Shown here piece after piece: positions 11,031 through 22,570 of a stretch of 64,000 bases of DNA. A program made the translations under genes and the position numbers. How positions within the stretch are numbered: position 1 is the first letter of the stretch; every line of letters begins with the position of its first letter. Origin of the DNA: Synergistales bacterium (GTDB lineage: Bacteria > Synergistota > Synergistia > Synergistales > JAFGMB01); NCBI GenBank assembly GCA_963666205.1, contig OY762654.1:2432001-2496000 (forward strand). The letters are read 5' to 3'. A model generated the notes under the pieces. The model ran no database searches. It was given only the letters and a program-made list of their open reading frames with translations, and was not told where the DNA came from.

Positions 11031-12122
11031 ATGAATAAGACAGCTCTTATCACCGGAGTCACGGGTCAGGATGGAGCGTACCTGGCTGAATTTCTTCTGA
11101 AAAAAGGCTACGAAGTCCACGGAATAAAGAGGAGAAGCTCCATATTCAACACCCAGCGTATTGATCACCTCTATGTGGACCTTCACGAAGAAGATCCCAG
11201 ATTCATACTCCACTATGGGGATCTTACAGATTCCTCCAACCTGATCCGAATAATCCAGGAAGTCCAGCCTGATGAAATATATAACCTTGCAGCCCAGAGC
11301 CACGTCCAGGTATCCTTCGAGGAACCCGAATACACGGCCAATTCAGATGCCCTTGGAACCCTGAGGATCCTTGAAGCCATCCGCATCCTGGGCCTCGAAA
11401 AGAAGGCCCGCTTTTACCAGGCATCCACCAGTGAGCTCTATGGCAAGGTCCAGGAAACACCACAGAAGGAGACAACACCCTTTTATCCAAGGAGTCCCTA
11501 CGCTGCAGCAAAACTCTATGCCTTCTGGATAACGAAGAACTACCGGGAAGCCTATGACCTCTTTGCCTGCAACGGCATCCTCTTCAACCACGAATCGCCC
11601 ATCCGGGGTGAGACCTTTGTAACCCGCAAGATCACAAGGGCAGTGGCACGGATAAAACTGGGCCTGCAGAAAAAAATGTATCTTGGTAACCTCAACTCCA
11701 AAAGAGACTGGGGCTTTGCCAGGGACTATGTTGAAGCCATGTGGCTAATGCTACAGCAGGATAAGCCCGATGACTTTGTTATCGCAACAGGTGAGACCCA
11801 CATGGTCCGTGAATTTGTGGAGTTAGCCTTTAAAGAGGTAGGCATGGATATCAAGTGGCAGGGTGAGGGCATAAAGGAAAAGGGAATCAATGTCGAAAGT
11901 GGAGAAGTGCTGGTCGAAGTTGATCCTCGTTACTTCCGCCCCACCGAAGTTGAACTGCTGCTGGGAGACCCCACCAAGGCAAAGACGATATTGGGGTGGG
12001 AACCAAAGGTGACATTTAAGGAACTTGTTAAACTTATGGTGAAGAAGGACCTGGATCTCTTCAGGATGGATATCCTCTGCAAAGAGGCCGGCTTCACCGT
12101 CAACCACCATTTGGAAGAATAA
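11031..12122 (+). CDS. gmd: GDP-mannose 4,6-dehydratase
   Basis: [42 protein letters not shown] 11031 after GGAGG. Confidence 0.97.
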   Translation: MNKTALITGVTGQDGAYLAEFLLKKGYEVHGIKRRSSIFNTQRIDHLYVDLHEEDPRFILHYGDLTDSSNLIRIIQEVQPDEIYNLAAQSHVQVSFEEPEYTANSDALGTLRILEAIRILGLEKKARFYQASTSELYGKVQETPQKETTPFYPRSPYAAAKLYAFWITKNYREAYDLFACNGILFNHESPIRGETFVTRKITRAVARIKLGLQKKMYLGNLNSKRDWGFARDYVEAMWLMLQQDKPDDFVIATGETHMVREFVELAFKEVGMDIKWQGEGIKEKGINVESGEVLVEVDPRYFRPTEVELLLGDPTKAKTILGWEPKVTFKELVKLMVKKDLDLFRMDILCKEAGFTVNHHLEE

Positions 12123-12211
12123 CAACCTGCAAAGTCAAGACGTGTTTAACACGGTATCTCTGCGGTAAAAATAGATTTTCAGTGGTTGTCTTTTCTGGAG
12201 GGATTATATAA

Positions 12212-13141
12212 ATGGATAAAAATTCAAAGATCTACATCGCCGGGCACCGGGGCCTCGTCGGCTCCGCTATAGTCCGCAAGCTCCAAAGCCTCGGCTACAC
12301 CAATCTTCTTACCCGAACCAGCAGGGAACTGGATCTCCGCAATCAGGCAGCCGTTGCTGAGTTCTTTGAGCAGGAAAAACCTGATTATGTCTTTCTTGCA
12401 GCTGCCAAGGTGGGCGGCATCATGGCCAACAGCACCTATGGAGCAGAGTTCATATACGACAACATAATGATTCAGACCAATATAATTCATAACTCCTACA
12501 AAAGTGGTGTAAAGAAGCTCCTTTTCCTGGGCAGTTCCTGCATCTATCCCAAGTTCGCCCCCCAGCCCATGAAGGAAGAATATCTCCTGACCGGAGAACT
12601 TGAACCAACCAACGAACCCTACGCAATTGCCAAGATAACGGGCATCAAGATGTGCCAGGCCTATAACCGGCAGTATGGTACCAACTATATATCCGTCATG
12701 CCCACAAATCTTTATGGTCCTAACGATAACTTTGACCTCGAAACCTCCCATGTACTACCAGCCATGATCCGCAAGTTCCACGAGGCTAAGCTCAACAACA
12801 GTCCTGAAGTTGTCCTATGGGGTACAGGTTCTCCCAAACGTGAGTTCCTACATGTGGACGATCTTGCCGATGCCTGTGTATTCCTCATGAATAATTACGA
12901 CGGAACAGAGATCGTAAATATTGGCACGGGAGAAGACCTGACCATCAAGGAACTTGCCGAGATGATAAAGGATATTGTTGGTTTTGAAGGCAAAATAACC
13001 TGGGATAGTTCGAAGCCTGATGGAACGCCGAGGAAATTGCTGGATGTTTCGAAGCTTAAAGAAGCTGGTTGGTTTTATACAGTACCCCTGAAGGAAGGGA
13101 TAGAACAAACCTATGAATGGTTTAGAAATTCTGTTAAGTAG
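12212..13141 (+). CDS. fcl: GDP-L-fucose synthase
   Basis: [47 protein letters not shown]. Confidence 0.96.
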   Translation: MDKNSKIYIAGHRGLVGSAIVRKLQSLGYTNLLTRTSRELDLRNQAAVAEFFEQEKPDYVFLAAAKVGGIMANSTYGAEFIYDNIMIQTNIIHNSYKSGVKKLLFLGSSCIYPKFAPQPMKEEYLLTGELEPTNEPYAIAKITGIKMCQAYNRQYGTNYISVMPTNLYGPNDNFDLETSHVLPAMIRKFHEAKLNNSPEVVLWGTGSPKREFLHVDDLADACVFLMNNYDGTEIVNIGTGEDLTIKELAEMIKDIVGFEGKITWDSSKPDGTPRKLLDVSKLKEAGWFYTVPLKEGIEQTYEWFRNSVK

Positions 13142-13445
13142 GCATCTGATAAATAAGATACTGAATGATTTATGTTTCATTTGACAGGCCTTTTTGTAAA
13201 GCTGATTTCTTTAATGTTTGTATATAGTGGTCAACCTGTGAACCCAGTGAAGCAAGCTCCTAAATCTAGCACACATTCCTTGGTCTTGCATCAGAATGAG
13301 TAGTGTCGTTTTTATTTTAACTAGTCTTGTGTTGGTTTGTTGAATATCGAAAGCATAGTTTTAACTACATTATTAACAATAGAAACCTTTTAAGGAAGTC
13401 GTAATTCTCAAATATTGGTATGGTAATTACAAATATTCAAAAGTC

Positions 13446-14798
13446 TTGGAAGGGATACTATCAATAATGTTATCAAGGTTAGTACTATTCATAAAAAAAC
13501 CTTTCATTCGTAATGTAACGATGATAGCTACTGGAACAGCAATGGCGCAAATAATTAGCGTTTCATTTGCGCCAATTATAACTCGCCTTTATGGTCCTGA
13601 AGCTTTTGGTGTGTTAGGTGTATTTAGTTCTATAGTGGCAATTTTTACACCCGTGGCTGCATTAACATATCCTATTGCTATTGTTTTACCCTCCCAAGAT
13701 TCGGATGCAAAGGGATTAATACGCTTATCTCTTATTATTGCTGCGTTGATTGCTGTGTTAATGATAGTATTATTGTTAATATTTAACAATCCATTTGTGC
13801 ACTATCTTAAAATTGAAGTCATTGAACCATATCTGTTTCTAATACCCCTAGCCATGTTTTTGGGTGCTTGCCTACAAGTTACACAACAGTGGCTTATTCG
13901 TAAAAGACAATTCAAAATACGAGCGAAAATAACTGTCATTCAATCTCTTATCATTAACAGTGTCAAGACTTTTATGGGATTCATTAATCCCATTGGGGCG
14001 GTATTGGTCCTGGTCAACACCATAGGCACAGCCCTTCATGCATTAATGCTTATGTGGAGTGTTTCTAAAGTTACTAGTCAAGAAAGAAGACAGAAAAATG
14101 AAGAAGATAGGACACCATCTTTATGGGCGCTTGCTAAAAGTCATCACGATTTCCCATTATATAGAGGACCACAAGTCTTTATTAACTCCATCTCTCAAAG
14201 CTTACCTATACTTATGCTCTCGGCTTTTTTTGGACCTGCAGCAGCTGGTTTTTATAGTATAAGCAGGACAGTGATGGGTTTGCCTTCTCGTTTGATAAGT
14301 CAGTCTGTGGGTGATGTGTTTTATCCCCGGATTACGCAAGGGGCGCATGATAATGAGAATATTACCAGATTAATTGTGAAAGCAACTCTTGCTTTAGCTG
14401 CGATAGGGATTGTTCCCTTTGCTATTATTGTTGTTTTTGGACCTTGTTTGTTTGAATTCCTATTTGGTTCAGAATGGATTAAGGCTGGAGAATATGCTAG
14501 ATGGTTGGCCCTATGGTTATTTTGGGGATTTATAAATAAACCGAGTGTGATCGCTATACCGGTTTTAGGTTTGCAAAAAGCGTTACTGATTTATGAAATA
14601 TTCAGTACTGCTTCAAAAATTCTGGCCCTTTCGATTGGGTTCTTTATTTTTTCTGATGATGTTATAGCCGTAGCATTGTTCTCAATATTTGGTGTTTTTG
14701 CTTACGCTTATTTAATATTATGGGTTGTTTCTAAAAGCATGTATTATAAAAATAGATGGATAACAGGTGGATCCAAGAATGAAAAAACAGGTAGATAA
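13446..14798 (+). CDS. wzx: polysaccharide flippase (Wzx-like)
   Basis: multi-TM, PIITRLYGPEAFG motif, location in sugar cluster; start may be ATG 13467. Confidence 0.8.
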   Translation: MEGILSIMLSRLVLFIKKPFIRNVTMIATGTAMAQIISVSFAPIITRLYGPEAFGVLGVFSSIVAIFTPVAALTYPIAIVLPSQDSDAKGLIRLSLIIAALIAVLMIVLLLIFNNPFVHYLKIEVIEPYLFLIPLAMFLGACLQVTQQWLIRKRQFKIRAKITVIQSLIINSVKTFMGFINPIGAVLVLVNTIGTALHALMLMWSVSKVTSQERRQKNEEDRTPSLWALAKSHHDFPLYRGPQVFINSISQSLPILMLSAFFGPAAAGFYSISRTVMGLPSRLISQSVGDVFYPRITQGAHDNENITRLIVKATLALAAIGIVPFAIIVVFGPCLFEFLFGSEWIKAGEYARWLALWLFWGFINKPSVIAIPVLGLQKALLIYEIFSTASKILALSIGFFIFSDDVIAVALFSIFGVFAYAYLILWVVSKSMYYKNRWITGGSKNEKTGR

Positions 14799-15408
14799 AA
14801 CACATTACCAATTTTCTCATTATGTGAATAAACGGCGATGGATAAGTATCTGGCATCAGGTTGACGAAGTTATTTCTCTGGCACCAAGAAGTGTATTAGA
14901 AGTTGGACCTGGTCCGGGGATTTTTAAACAAATTGTAACTGGTTTAGGTTACTGTGTTGAAACTGTCGATATAGATTCAGATTTACAACCTGATCATGTG
15001 GCATCAGTTACAGCTTTACCGTTCTCAGATGGTGAATTTGACTTAGTCTGTGCATTTCAGATGCTGGAACATCTGCCATATGAAGAATCTAAAGTTGCAT
15101 TTAAAGAAATGGTAAGAGTGAGTAGGAAAAATTTAGTTATAAGTCTTCCTGATGCTAAATCATTGTGGAGATATATTTTTCACATCCCGAAATTAGGCGA
15201 CGTAGAACTTTTTATGCCAAGACCAAGGCTAATTCCTCTAATGCACGAATTTGATGGGGAACATTATTGGGAAATAAATAAAAGAGGTTATGCTTTATCT
15301 AGGGTAATAAAAGATTTTGGTAGTTGTGGTGCCCACTTGAAGAGAACTTATAGAGTGAAAGAGAACCCATATCATAGGTTTTTTATCTACAAAAAAGATA
15401 AAATATGA
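14779..15408 (+). CDS. class I SAM-dependent methyltransferase
   Basis: VLEVGPGPG, LPFSDGEFDLV, LEHLP; overlaps wzx stop. Confidence 0.85.
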   Translation: MKKQVDKTHYQFSHYVNKRRWISIWHQVDEVISLAPRSVLEVGPGPGIFKQIVTGLGYCVETVDIDSDLQPDHVASVTALPFSDGEFDLVCAFQMLEHLPYEESKVAFKEMVRVSRKNLVISLPDAKSLWRYIFHIPKLGDVELFMPRPRLIPLMHEFDGEHYWEINKRGYALSRVIKDFGSCGAHLKRTYRVKENPYHRFFIYKKDKI

Positions 15409-15749
15409 TGTGTAAGATGAAAGAAATAATATTTTGAATAAGCATAATTGCAATAGATAGGGAAAATGAAAAAATATTTAAGTAAATTCTCAAAGAGAGG
15501 ACTCAAGAAAACGAAAAGATCTTGAGGTTATGACTGGAGGGGGTCCTCAAAATATGTCATGGAAATGTTTTTTGAGGTCGAGGTTATGAATCTTTAAAAT
15601 AGACAGTTAGTTCGCCATTGAAATCAATCGAGGAAGTCTGGATGGACATTAACGCAATCGAAATATCAAAAAGGAAAAGGCAACAAATGTGTTCAGGAGT
15701 ATATGCAATAATTTCAGATTAGTTTTATTTTTGAAATGGAGGTTTTTAT

Positions 15750-17000
15750 TTGAAAATCCTTCACGTTATTGCAGGTGATCTCACTGGCGGGGCTGCAAGG
15801 GGAGCATACTGGCTGCATCAAAGCCTTTTATCAATTCGTGTAGATTCTTCTGTCATTGTCCAAAAAGGGCAATATAATGACCCCACAGTTTTTTCTATGG
15901 AAACTAATACAATGAATAAACTAGGCATAAGGCTTATTTCAAAGATTAATTCAAAGATTAATTCAGCCCCCTTAAGATTTCTATATCAAGATAGAAAAAA
16001 GACTCCTTTCAGTACTGGGTTTGGTGGAAATGATATCAGACAGCATCCAGCTTTTAAAAGTGCGGATATAATCCATTTACATTGGATAAATGCCGGAATG
16101 ATAAACTTTAAATTATTAAAGAGTTTTCATAAGCCTATTATATGGACTATGCGTGATATGTGGCCTTTTACTGGAGGATGTCATTATGCTCTTGATTGTG
16201 ATAAATATGAAGATAGATGTGGCGCTTGTCCTCAATTGAATAGTGATTATCAATATGATCTTTCCAGATGGATATGGAAGAGAAAGTGCTCAAATCTTCC
16301 TGAAAGCCTTCATTTAGTTGCAATAAGCAATTGGCTGGGAGATGTTGCTCAAAACAGTTCAATTTTTTCGAATTATCAAGTTAAGGTTATCCCTAATGGT
16401 ATAGATATAAAGGTGTTTAAACCAGTTGATAAGATACAGGCTAAGAAAATACTGAACTTACCTTTGGATAAACCAGTAATTCTTCTTGGAGCGAAGAATG
16501 TACATGACAGCTATAAAGGTTTTCCTGAGTTTATCAAAGCAGTTGATTTCCTGAGAGATAAGGACTTTCATTTTGTATTATTTGGAAAGGTTGATTGTGG
16601 TGTTTTAGATAAAGTTCAAATACCATATACTAACCTAGGATCTTTCCAAGATGAACTAGCTTTAAGATTAGTGTATAGTGCCGCGGATGTTTTTGTTGCG
16701 CCATCTATACAAGAAGCTTTTGGCAAAACTTTGGTAGAATCAATGGCCTGTGGAACCCCAGTAGTAGCTTTTAATGCTACTGGTCCTAAGGATATTGTTA
16801 CTCATAAAGAAACCGGTTACCTAGCTACGCCTTTTGAACCTGAAGATCTTGCACGTGGAATTAAATGGGTCCTTGAAGATGAAGAACGAAAAAAGTGCCT
16901 TTCCCAAAAGGCCAGGGAAAAGGCAGAGATGTGTTTTGATGTTAAGCAGGTTGCACAACAATACTTAAAGCTGTATGAAGAAGTTCTTGGTTCAGATTAA
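15750..17000 (+). CDS. GT4 glycosyltransferase (WcaC-like)
   Basis: GGAARGA, IIHLHW, WTMRDMWPFTGGCHY, EAFGKTLVESMACGTP. Confidence 0.88.
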   Translation: MKILHVIAGDLTGGAARGAYWLHQSLLSIRVDSSVIVQKGQYNDPTVFSMETNTMNKLGIRLISKINSKINSAPLRFLYQDRKKTPFSTGFGGNDIRQHPAFKSADIIHLHWINAGMINFKLLKSFHKPIIWTMRDMWPFTGGCHYALDCDKYEDRCGACPQLNSDYQYDLSRWIWKRKCSNLPESLHLVAISNWLGDVAQNSSIFSNYQVKVIPNGIDIKVFKPVDKIQAKKILNLPLDKPVILLGAKNVHDSYKGFPEFIKAVDFLRDKDFHFVLFGKVDCGVLDKVQIPYTNLGSFQDELALRLVYSAADVFVAPSIQEAFGKTLVESMACGTPVVAFNATGPKDIVTHKETGYLATPFEPEDLARGIKWVLEDEERKKCLSQKAREKAEMCFDVKQVAQQYLKLYEEVLGSD

Positions 17001-17119
17001 AAATGTTACCGTTAATTGAAATATCAGGAAAAACTATGGACGAATGGGTTTGTGCCGACAAATTATACTTCTTATTTTGGGAGTTCATAAAATCACTTTT
17101 GGAAGGTTGGGTTTAATCG

Positions 17120-17941
17120 TTGGAATTAAAAAATGACTTGGATTACCCCCTTGTTAGCATTATAACTGTTACGCTCAACTCTGAAAAAACAGTTAGAGAT
17201 ACTATCGAAAGTGTCCTTAACCAGACTTATAAAAACATCGAATATATAATCGTCGATGGCTGTTCCTCCGATAAGACCCTGGAAATAGTCAATGAATATA
17301 AAGGATCTATTTCCAAGATTATATCGGAACCTGATTCGGGTATCTATGATGCTATGAACAAGGGGATAAACTTGGCGAGTGGTGAATATATAGGTATTTT
17401 GCATTCTGATGATACTTATGTTTCTGATGCTATTGAGTCTGTCGTGAATGCTTTTCTTACGGATCCTTCTGCTGATATCCTCTATGGCAATATTCTTATG
17501 TATGATGAAAAATACGGAATATCATGCAAACTTTTTCCCGAAAAATTACCAATGCTTCGTCTGAAAATGGCAATCCACCATCCTTCATCTTTTATAAGAA
17601 AAGAAGTCTATTGTGTAATGGGCGGTTTTTCTTTAAGGTATAAAATTGCTGGTGACAGGGAATTTATGTTAAGAGCATTTGAGCAAGGATTTTCTTTTTT
17701 ATATTTGAATAAAGTCCTTGCTCATATGTCTTTTGGGGGGATGAGCGATGTAAGATATGTTCTCACAGCTTTTGAAGATTTATCTCTCTCATTTAAATAT
17801 AAGGGTAACATGATTCGATCATTATTTCTTTTTTTTCAGAAAGTTCTTTCTGTAAAAAGGCCTATGAGATTGTTTCTTGAAAAAATCGGTTTAGACTATT
17901 TTGTTAAACTCCATAAACAGAGAATTCTAAAAAATAAATAA
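17120..17941 (+). CDS. GT2 glycosyltransferase (WcaE/WfgS-like)
   Basis: SIITVTLNS, IIVDGCSSD, EPDSGIYDAMNKG. Confidence 0.9.
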   Translation: MELKNDLDYPLVSIITVTLNSEKTVRDTIESVLNQTYKNIEYIIVDGCSSDKTLEIVNEYKGSISKIISEPDSGIYDAMNKGINLASGEYIGILHSDDTYVSDAIESVVNAFLTDPSADILYGNILMYDEKYGISCKLFPEKLPMLRLKMAIHHPSSFIRKEVYCVMGGFSLRYKIAGDREFMLRAFEQGFSFLYLNKVLAHMSFGGMSDVRYVLTAFEDLSLSFKYKGNMIRSLFLFFQKVLSVKRPMRLFLEKIGLDYFVKLHKQRILKNK

Positions 17942-17954
17942 CTTTCTAATAAAA

Positions 17955-19094
17955 CTATTTTATAGTGGCAGCAATAATTTTATGTATTCGGGATTCGAAA
18001 ATTTCAAATGAATAGTTATTTTCCCAGTATTTTAGAGCATTTCTTGACCATTGCTCAAGGATTTCGGGGTTTCTTATAGCTTGCTTTATTGGTAATACCA
18101 TACTTTTGATATCGTTGACATTCCTGCCATAGGAGTCACAATCGTCATAACCCTCTAGTCCAAGTTGAGTTCCAATTACTGGAGTTCCACAGCTCAGAGA
18201 TTCCGCGACTCTAACCTTCATACCACAACCGAACAAATCAGGTAATATAAATAGTTTTGCATTATTGATTAGAGTCGTGATGTCTGTTGGGTTTGGAAAT
18301 ACTTGTACGGATGGTAAATTTAAGCATTTGTCTAGGAGAGTATTCCCAGGGTTTCTTCCTGCGATTGAAAGATTAATTCCCAAAGGAGCTAATTCTCCCC
18401 AACAGATATTTAAAAATTCTAAAATGGAATTTTCATTTGATATACGGTTAAGGCCACCAATGTACAATAAGTCCAAGGGTCTAGATATTAAAGGGTTATT
18501 TGTGCGGTTCATTTTATTAAAAGTGCATACAGAGTGAAAAAAAACCTTTTCACTGGGAATCGTTCCGTAGATTTGTTCAATACGTCTAAGGTCACCTTGA
18601 TGTAGGGCTAGAATAATATCCGAATATTTAAGTGTTATCCTTTCCGAAATGTGAGATGTGTAAGAAAGGAAATTTTTTCTCAGTCCCTTATTATTTACCC
18701 TTTGATAGTCTTGTTCTACATTGTGGATGCAAGAAATTACAGGAGGAAGAGAGTGTCCTTGATTGAAAACAAATCCGCAAAGAGTGGATTCAATAAAGAT
18801 AAGATCATATGTTTTGATTTTTGGTAGGAATACTTTCTTAAACCGAGCGTAAATCTTTGTTGCGTTGAAGGTCAATAGGGAGTAAACCTTATCAGATATT
18901 TTGCTACTCACGATTTCGACCTTCGCTATTTTATCGCTATAACTTTCAAATAATTCTGAATTTATGGCAGGGCATAGAATGTCTATTTTATTTGTCAGTG
19001 GAGAAGAAGCAAGGCTTAGCAAATTAGCTGTAGCATGCATCCCGCCACCGTAATCATATGATAAGGGGTAAGGAGTAATATATAAAATATTCAT
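17955..19094 (-). CDS. GT4-family glycosyltransferase
   Basis: GMKVRVAESLSCGTPVIGT; start at MNILYIT. Confidence 0.75.
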   Translation of the reverse strand: MNILYITPYPLSYDYGGGMHATANLLSLASSPLTNKIDILCPAINSELFESYSDKIAKVEIVSSKISDKVYSLLTFNATKIYARFKKVFLPKIKTYDLIFIESTLCGFVFNQGHSLPPVISCIHNVEQDYQRVNNKGLRKNFLSYTSHISERITLKYSDIILALHQGDLRRIEQIYGTIPSEKVFFHSVCTFNKMNRTNNPLISRPLDLLYIGGLNRISNENSILEFLNICWGELAPLGINLSIAGRNPGNTLLDKCLNLPSVQVFPNPTDITTLINNAKLFILPDLFGCGMKVRVAESLSCGTPVIGTQLGLEGYDDCDSYGRNVNDIKSMVLPIKQAIRNPEILEQWSRNALKYWENNYSFEIFESRIHKIIAATIK

Positions 19095-19174
19095 AATTGT
19101 ACACCTCTTCAATATATATTCTTCTATACGTTTAAGATAAACTGGGAAAAAGTGCAATCAGGGAACATCAGATC

Positions 19175-20302
19175 TTAAATACACGTGTTAAGACAACATT
19201 TTACAGTTTCCTCTGCACATTTAACCCATGAAAATCTCTTTGCATTGTTTGTTCCTCTACTGGTTAACTTTTTTCTTATCTTTTCATCCGCAGATATTTG
19301 AATAAGAGCCTTTGTCCAACCTTCTTGATCTTCAGGTTTAATCAATAAAGCAGCATCTCCTGCAACTTCAGGAATAGAGGTGCAGTCTGAAGCGACAACA
19401 GGAGTTCCGCATTGCATTGCTTCAAGAATTGGTAATCCAAATCCTTCGAACCTTGAAGGAAAAACCATTGCTGTTGCCAGCGTCATGACTCCGAACAGTT
19501 CTCTTCTTGTTAGATAACCAAGGTGAATTACTCTGTCTTTAATACCGAGTGATCTAATTCTGCTTCCAATAAGTTCCCATCTTTCGTCCTTGTACCCAGA
19601 AAAGACAAGGTTGCATTGTTTATCCTTCATTATTTGTAATGTATCTGAAAAAGCATTGAGCAGCATTAAATGATTTTTATGTGGTGCTAACATTGCAGGG
19701 TAGTAAAAAAAGTTTTGTTTAAGCTGGAATTTATCTTGAATCTCCTTGAGATCAGAAGCGTTAATTGAAAATTTGTCTGTTATGCCTTCATATACAGTTT
19801 TGATTTTATTCTCTTCCAGTCCATAGTTCTCGATTATTCCTTTTCGCGTAAAGTCGGAAATAGCAATGATCTTTTTCGCTTTTGCGAAAGAAAGTCTGAA
19901 TAAGATCTCTCTTTGCATATATTTTGCTTTTGAAAAATAAGATTTCAAATATTTATGTTGAAGGTCATGTACAGTAATAACTTGAGGAATATTTGCTTGA
20001 AGTAATGGTACGCCAAAATTTGCTGGAGAAAAAAGGATATCGACTTTATAACTCTGGCAAAAGTTTCTCAAGAGTATATTTTCTGCTAAAACCCTTCTCA
20101 TTTGGTTGAATGAATGGTTGAAAACCTTAACTATCTCCAGATTTTCACTAGAGTTGAATGTTTGTGATGCTTCAGTTCCACAGAAAAGGATCAAGGTTAC
20201 CTCAGTGAACTTGGAAAGTTCCTTGATTAGTTCCCTGATATATATTTCAGAACCTCCTACTTTCCCGGGTCTGAGGTAAAGCAGGTTAACTCCTATTCGC
20301 AT
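19175..20302 (-). CDS. GT4 glycosyltransferase (MtfB/WbpY-like)
   Basis: TVHDL, PHKNH, EGFGLPILEAMQCGTPV, SIPEVAGDA. Confidence 0.9.
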   Translation of the reverse strand: MRIGVNLLYLRPGKVGGSEIYIRELIKELSKFTEVTLILFCGTEASQTFNSSENLEIVKVFNHSFNQMRRVLAENILLRNFCQSYKVDILFSPANFGVPLLQANIPQVITVHDLQHKYLKSYFSKAKYMQREILFRLSFAKAKKIIAISDFTRKGIIENYGLEENKIKTVYEGITDKFSINASDLKEIQDKFQLKQNFFYYPAMLAPHKNHLMLLNAFSDTLQIMKDKQCNLVFSGYKDERWELIGSRIRSLGIKDRVIHLGYLTRRELFGVMTLATAMVFPSRFEGFGLPILEAMQCGTPVVASDCTSIPEVAGDAALLIKPEDQEGWTKALIQISADEKIRKKLTSRGTNNAKRFSWVKCAEETVKCCLNTCI

Positions 20303-21539
20303 TGTTTTTCTCCTGTATATTCCTTGGGCAACGTATATTATCTACTACCATGGAACAGAGGTTTCTTCTAGTCATGGACATCTCTATAGATGTTTGTGCT
20401 GGAGATTCCAAGTCGTTTGTTTTCTCATCTCCATAGATAGCAAGTTCTTCGAGATAAGAGATAAAACCTTTGGTGTCACCGTGTTCAATGTTTTTCCCAA
20501 TTTCATTTCCAGTAACTAGACGAGATAAATGAGAATCATCCGGACCAAGCGCAATAATTGGTCTGCCGACTTTCATAGCTCCATATATTTTACAGGGATG
20601 AACAACGCCCACCATTTCATTTCCAATTGATACAACATGTACATCAGCGGCGGAAAGACTGTATTTCAAATGATCAAGAGGCTGGTAGGGTAGGGAAATG
20701 ATATTTTTTGCTCCTGATCGTATCGCTTCTAACACGTTTATCTTCCCCTGGCCTCCACCAATAAATACAAATACAAAACGGTTATCCTTTTCAAGTTCCC
20801 TGGCTGCATCAATAACCGTATCTAATGGGTTTACAGGGCTGTGATTACCGCTGTACATGATAACGAACTTGCCCTCCAGTCCATGTTTCTGCCGAAAGGG
20901 ATTTTCTGAATGAGGAATGGATTCAATATAATTGTCCAGCGGCCAGAGTGGTATAACTGACAGTTTATCGGAAACATCCATCTTACTGTTGAGTGTCTTT
21001 GACATTTCTTCATCGAGAGTAATGATCTTGTCTGCCTGTTTGAGTATGGAGCGGTTAAAAACATTGAACACCTTTGAGATAAATGAATTTTCAGTGGTTT
21101 TCCCCATCCTGATAAGTTGGTCAGGGTTTATGTCCATTGCCCAGAAAATAACCGGTATATTCTTCAACTTCGAGAGTATAGACCCGAAAATGGAAGTCAT
21201 AGGCGGAACGGTTGTAATAACTATTTTATTGATACTACCCATAAAAAGGGTTACCAGGAAGGCCTGAAAAAGAAAGGACAGCTGTCCTGCAAGTCGAACA
21301 ATAATTCTTTTTTTCCCAAAAGAGGAGAATGAAAGCCGTCTTACTTCCACTCCGTCAAGGATTTCATGCCGAGGGAATATCTGGGAGGGGTCATCATAAC
21401 CTTCTCTTGAAGTCAGCACAAGTACCTTTTCTCCACGCTCCACCAGTTCCCTGGCAACATCAGCAAGATACTGGCCGACAGCTGCAGGGTCCGGTTCATA
21501 AACCTGACAGATAAATAGGATTTTCCTTTTCGTCGTCAT
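20286..21539 (-). CDS. GT4 glycosyltransferase (WcaI/WbuB-like)
   Basis: YEPD, MYSGN, LPYQP, PCKIYGAMKVGRP. Confidence 0.82.
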   Translation of the reverse strand: MTTKRKILFICQVYEPDPAAVGQYLADVARELVERGEKVLVLTSREGYDDPSQIFPRHEILDGVEVRRLSFSSFGKKRIIVRLAGQLSFLFQAFLVTLFMGSINKIVITTVPPMTSIFGSILSKLKNIPVIFWAMDINPDQLIRMGKTTENSFISKVFNVFNRSILKQADKIITLDEEMSKTLNSKMDVSDKLSVIPLWPLDNYIESIPHSENPFRQKHGLEGKFVIMYSGNHSPVNPLDTVIDAARELEKDNRFVFVFIGGGQGKINVLEAIRSGAKNIISLPYQPLDHLKYSLSAADVHVVSIGNEMVGVVHPCKIYGAMKVGRPIIALGPDDSHLSRLVTGNEIGKNIEHGDTKGFISYLEELAIYGDEKTNDLESPAQTSIEMSMTRRNLCSMVVDNIRCPRNIQEKNNANRS

Positions 21540-21558
21540 GTACTATATGTTGTTCCCT

Positions 21559-22569
21559 TCATTTTTTAATAAGATCTTCAGTTCGATACCATAAATAGAA
21601 TAAAAAAATGTATAGAGAAAAGCCTTCTATTCCAATAGAATCAGGGATATATCTGAAAGAGATTATCAGTAAGATCGTTATCATTATGTTGACTATTGAA
21701 ATTCCAGAGGTTGCCTGCAAGTGTGAAAACCCGCTCTGAACCAGCTTCTGATACCCATGTTCCCTGTGGGCTTCGGTAAACTTTTTCCCCTGCCATATCC
21801 TTTTTACCAGGGTGGCCGTAGCATCTACAATAAATACAGATAACAGGGCCATCCAGGCTATCAGGGGTACCTCGGTCATATTTTCCGAGGCCAGAGCAAT
21901 GACAGCAAAAGTATAACCCAGAAAGCCGCTGCCCACATCGCCCATGAATATTTTTGCGGGGGGCCAGTTAAAAACCAGGAATCCGGCCGCTGAAGTGGCG
22001 AGTATTAGACAGAGTATTGCCATTGAAGTATTTCCTGAAATAAACAACAGCAATGCAGCTCCACCGCTTACTGTTACTGCTTCTCCTCCTGCAAGGCCAT
22101 CGATACCATCCATGAAATTATACAGGTTGGTCATCCAGACTGTCCCAAGAACTGCCAGTGGGTAGCCCATCAGTCCCAGGTGAAGGGTAGTGAAGCCAAG
22201 ATTCATGGAAGGGAAACCGCCGAGCCAGTAAACAGCCCACAGGGCGGCGGCAAAATGGACAGAGATCCTTGGAAGCACGGGAAGGCATTTATGGTCGTCC
22301 ATCCATCCCATAAATGCTATAAGTCCTCCTCCAAGTAGTGCCAGCATTAATTTCATACTTATTGCTGACGTCATTCCCATGAACAGGACAGAACACAGAA
22401 ACACCAGGACGATCGCAAGTCCTCCGCCCCTCGGGATGGGAACAGTATGGGAACTCCTGCTGTTAGGGATGTCCATGATCTGCCTGGATATGGCATATTT
22501 TCTTATAAAAAAAGTCAGTGTAAGGCTTGCGATAAAAGTAAAAAATAGATAAAGGAATAAAGCGGGCAT
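21559..22569 (-). CDS. undecaprenyl-phosphate sugar-1-P transferase (WecA/WbpL, MraY family)
   Basis: RSSHTVPIPRGGG, GWMDD, NLYNFMDGIDG, IFMGDVGS, AHREH. Confidence 0.9.
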   Translation of the reverse strand: MPALFLYLFFTFIASLTLTFFIRKYAISRQIMDIPNSRSSHTVPIPRGGGLAIVLVFLCSVLFMGMTSAISMKLMLALLGGGLIAFMGWMDDHKCLPVLPRISVHFAAALWAVYWLGGFPSMNLGFTTLHLGLMGYPLAVLGTVWMTNLYNFMDGIDGLAGGEAVTVSGGAALLLFISGNTSMAILCLILATSAAGFLVFNWPPAKIFMGDVGSGFLGYTFAVIALASENMTEVPLIAWMALLSVFIVDATATLVKRIWQGKKFTEAHREHGYQKLVQSGFSHLQATSGISIVNIMITILLIISFRYIPDSIGIEGFSLYIFLFYLWYRTEDLIKK

Positions 22570-22570
22570 T

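Noticed and set aside
15409-15749. 340-bp gap in the sugar locus as an IS remnant
   Set aside because: No terminal inverted repeats or transposase fragments I could support
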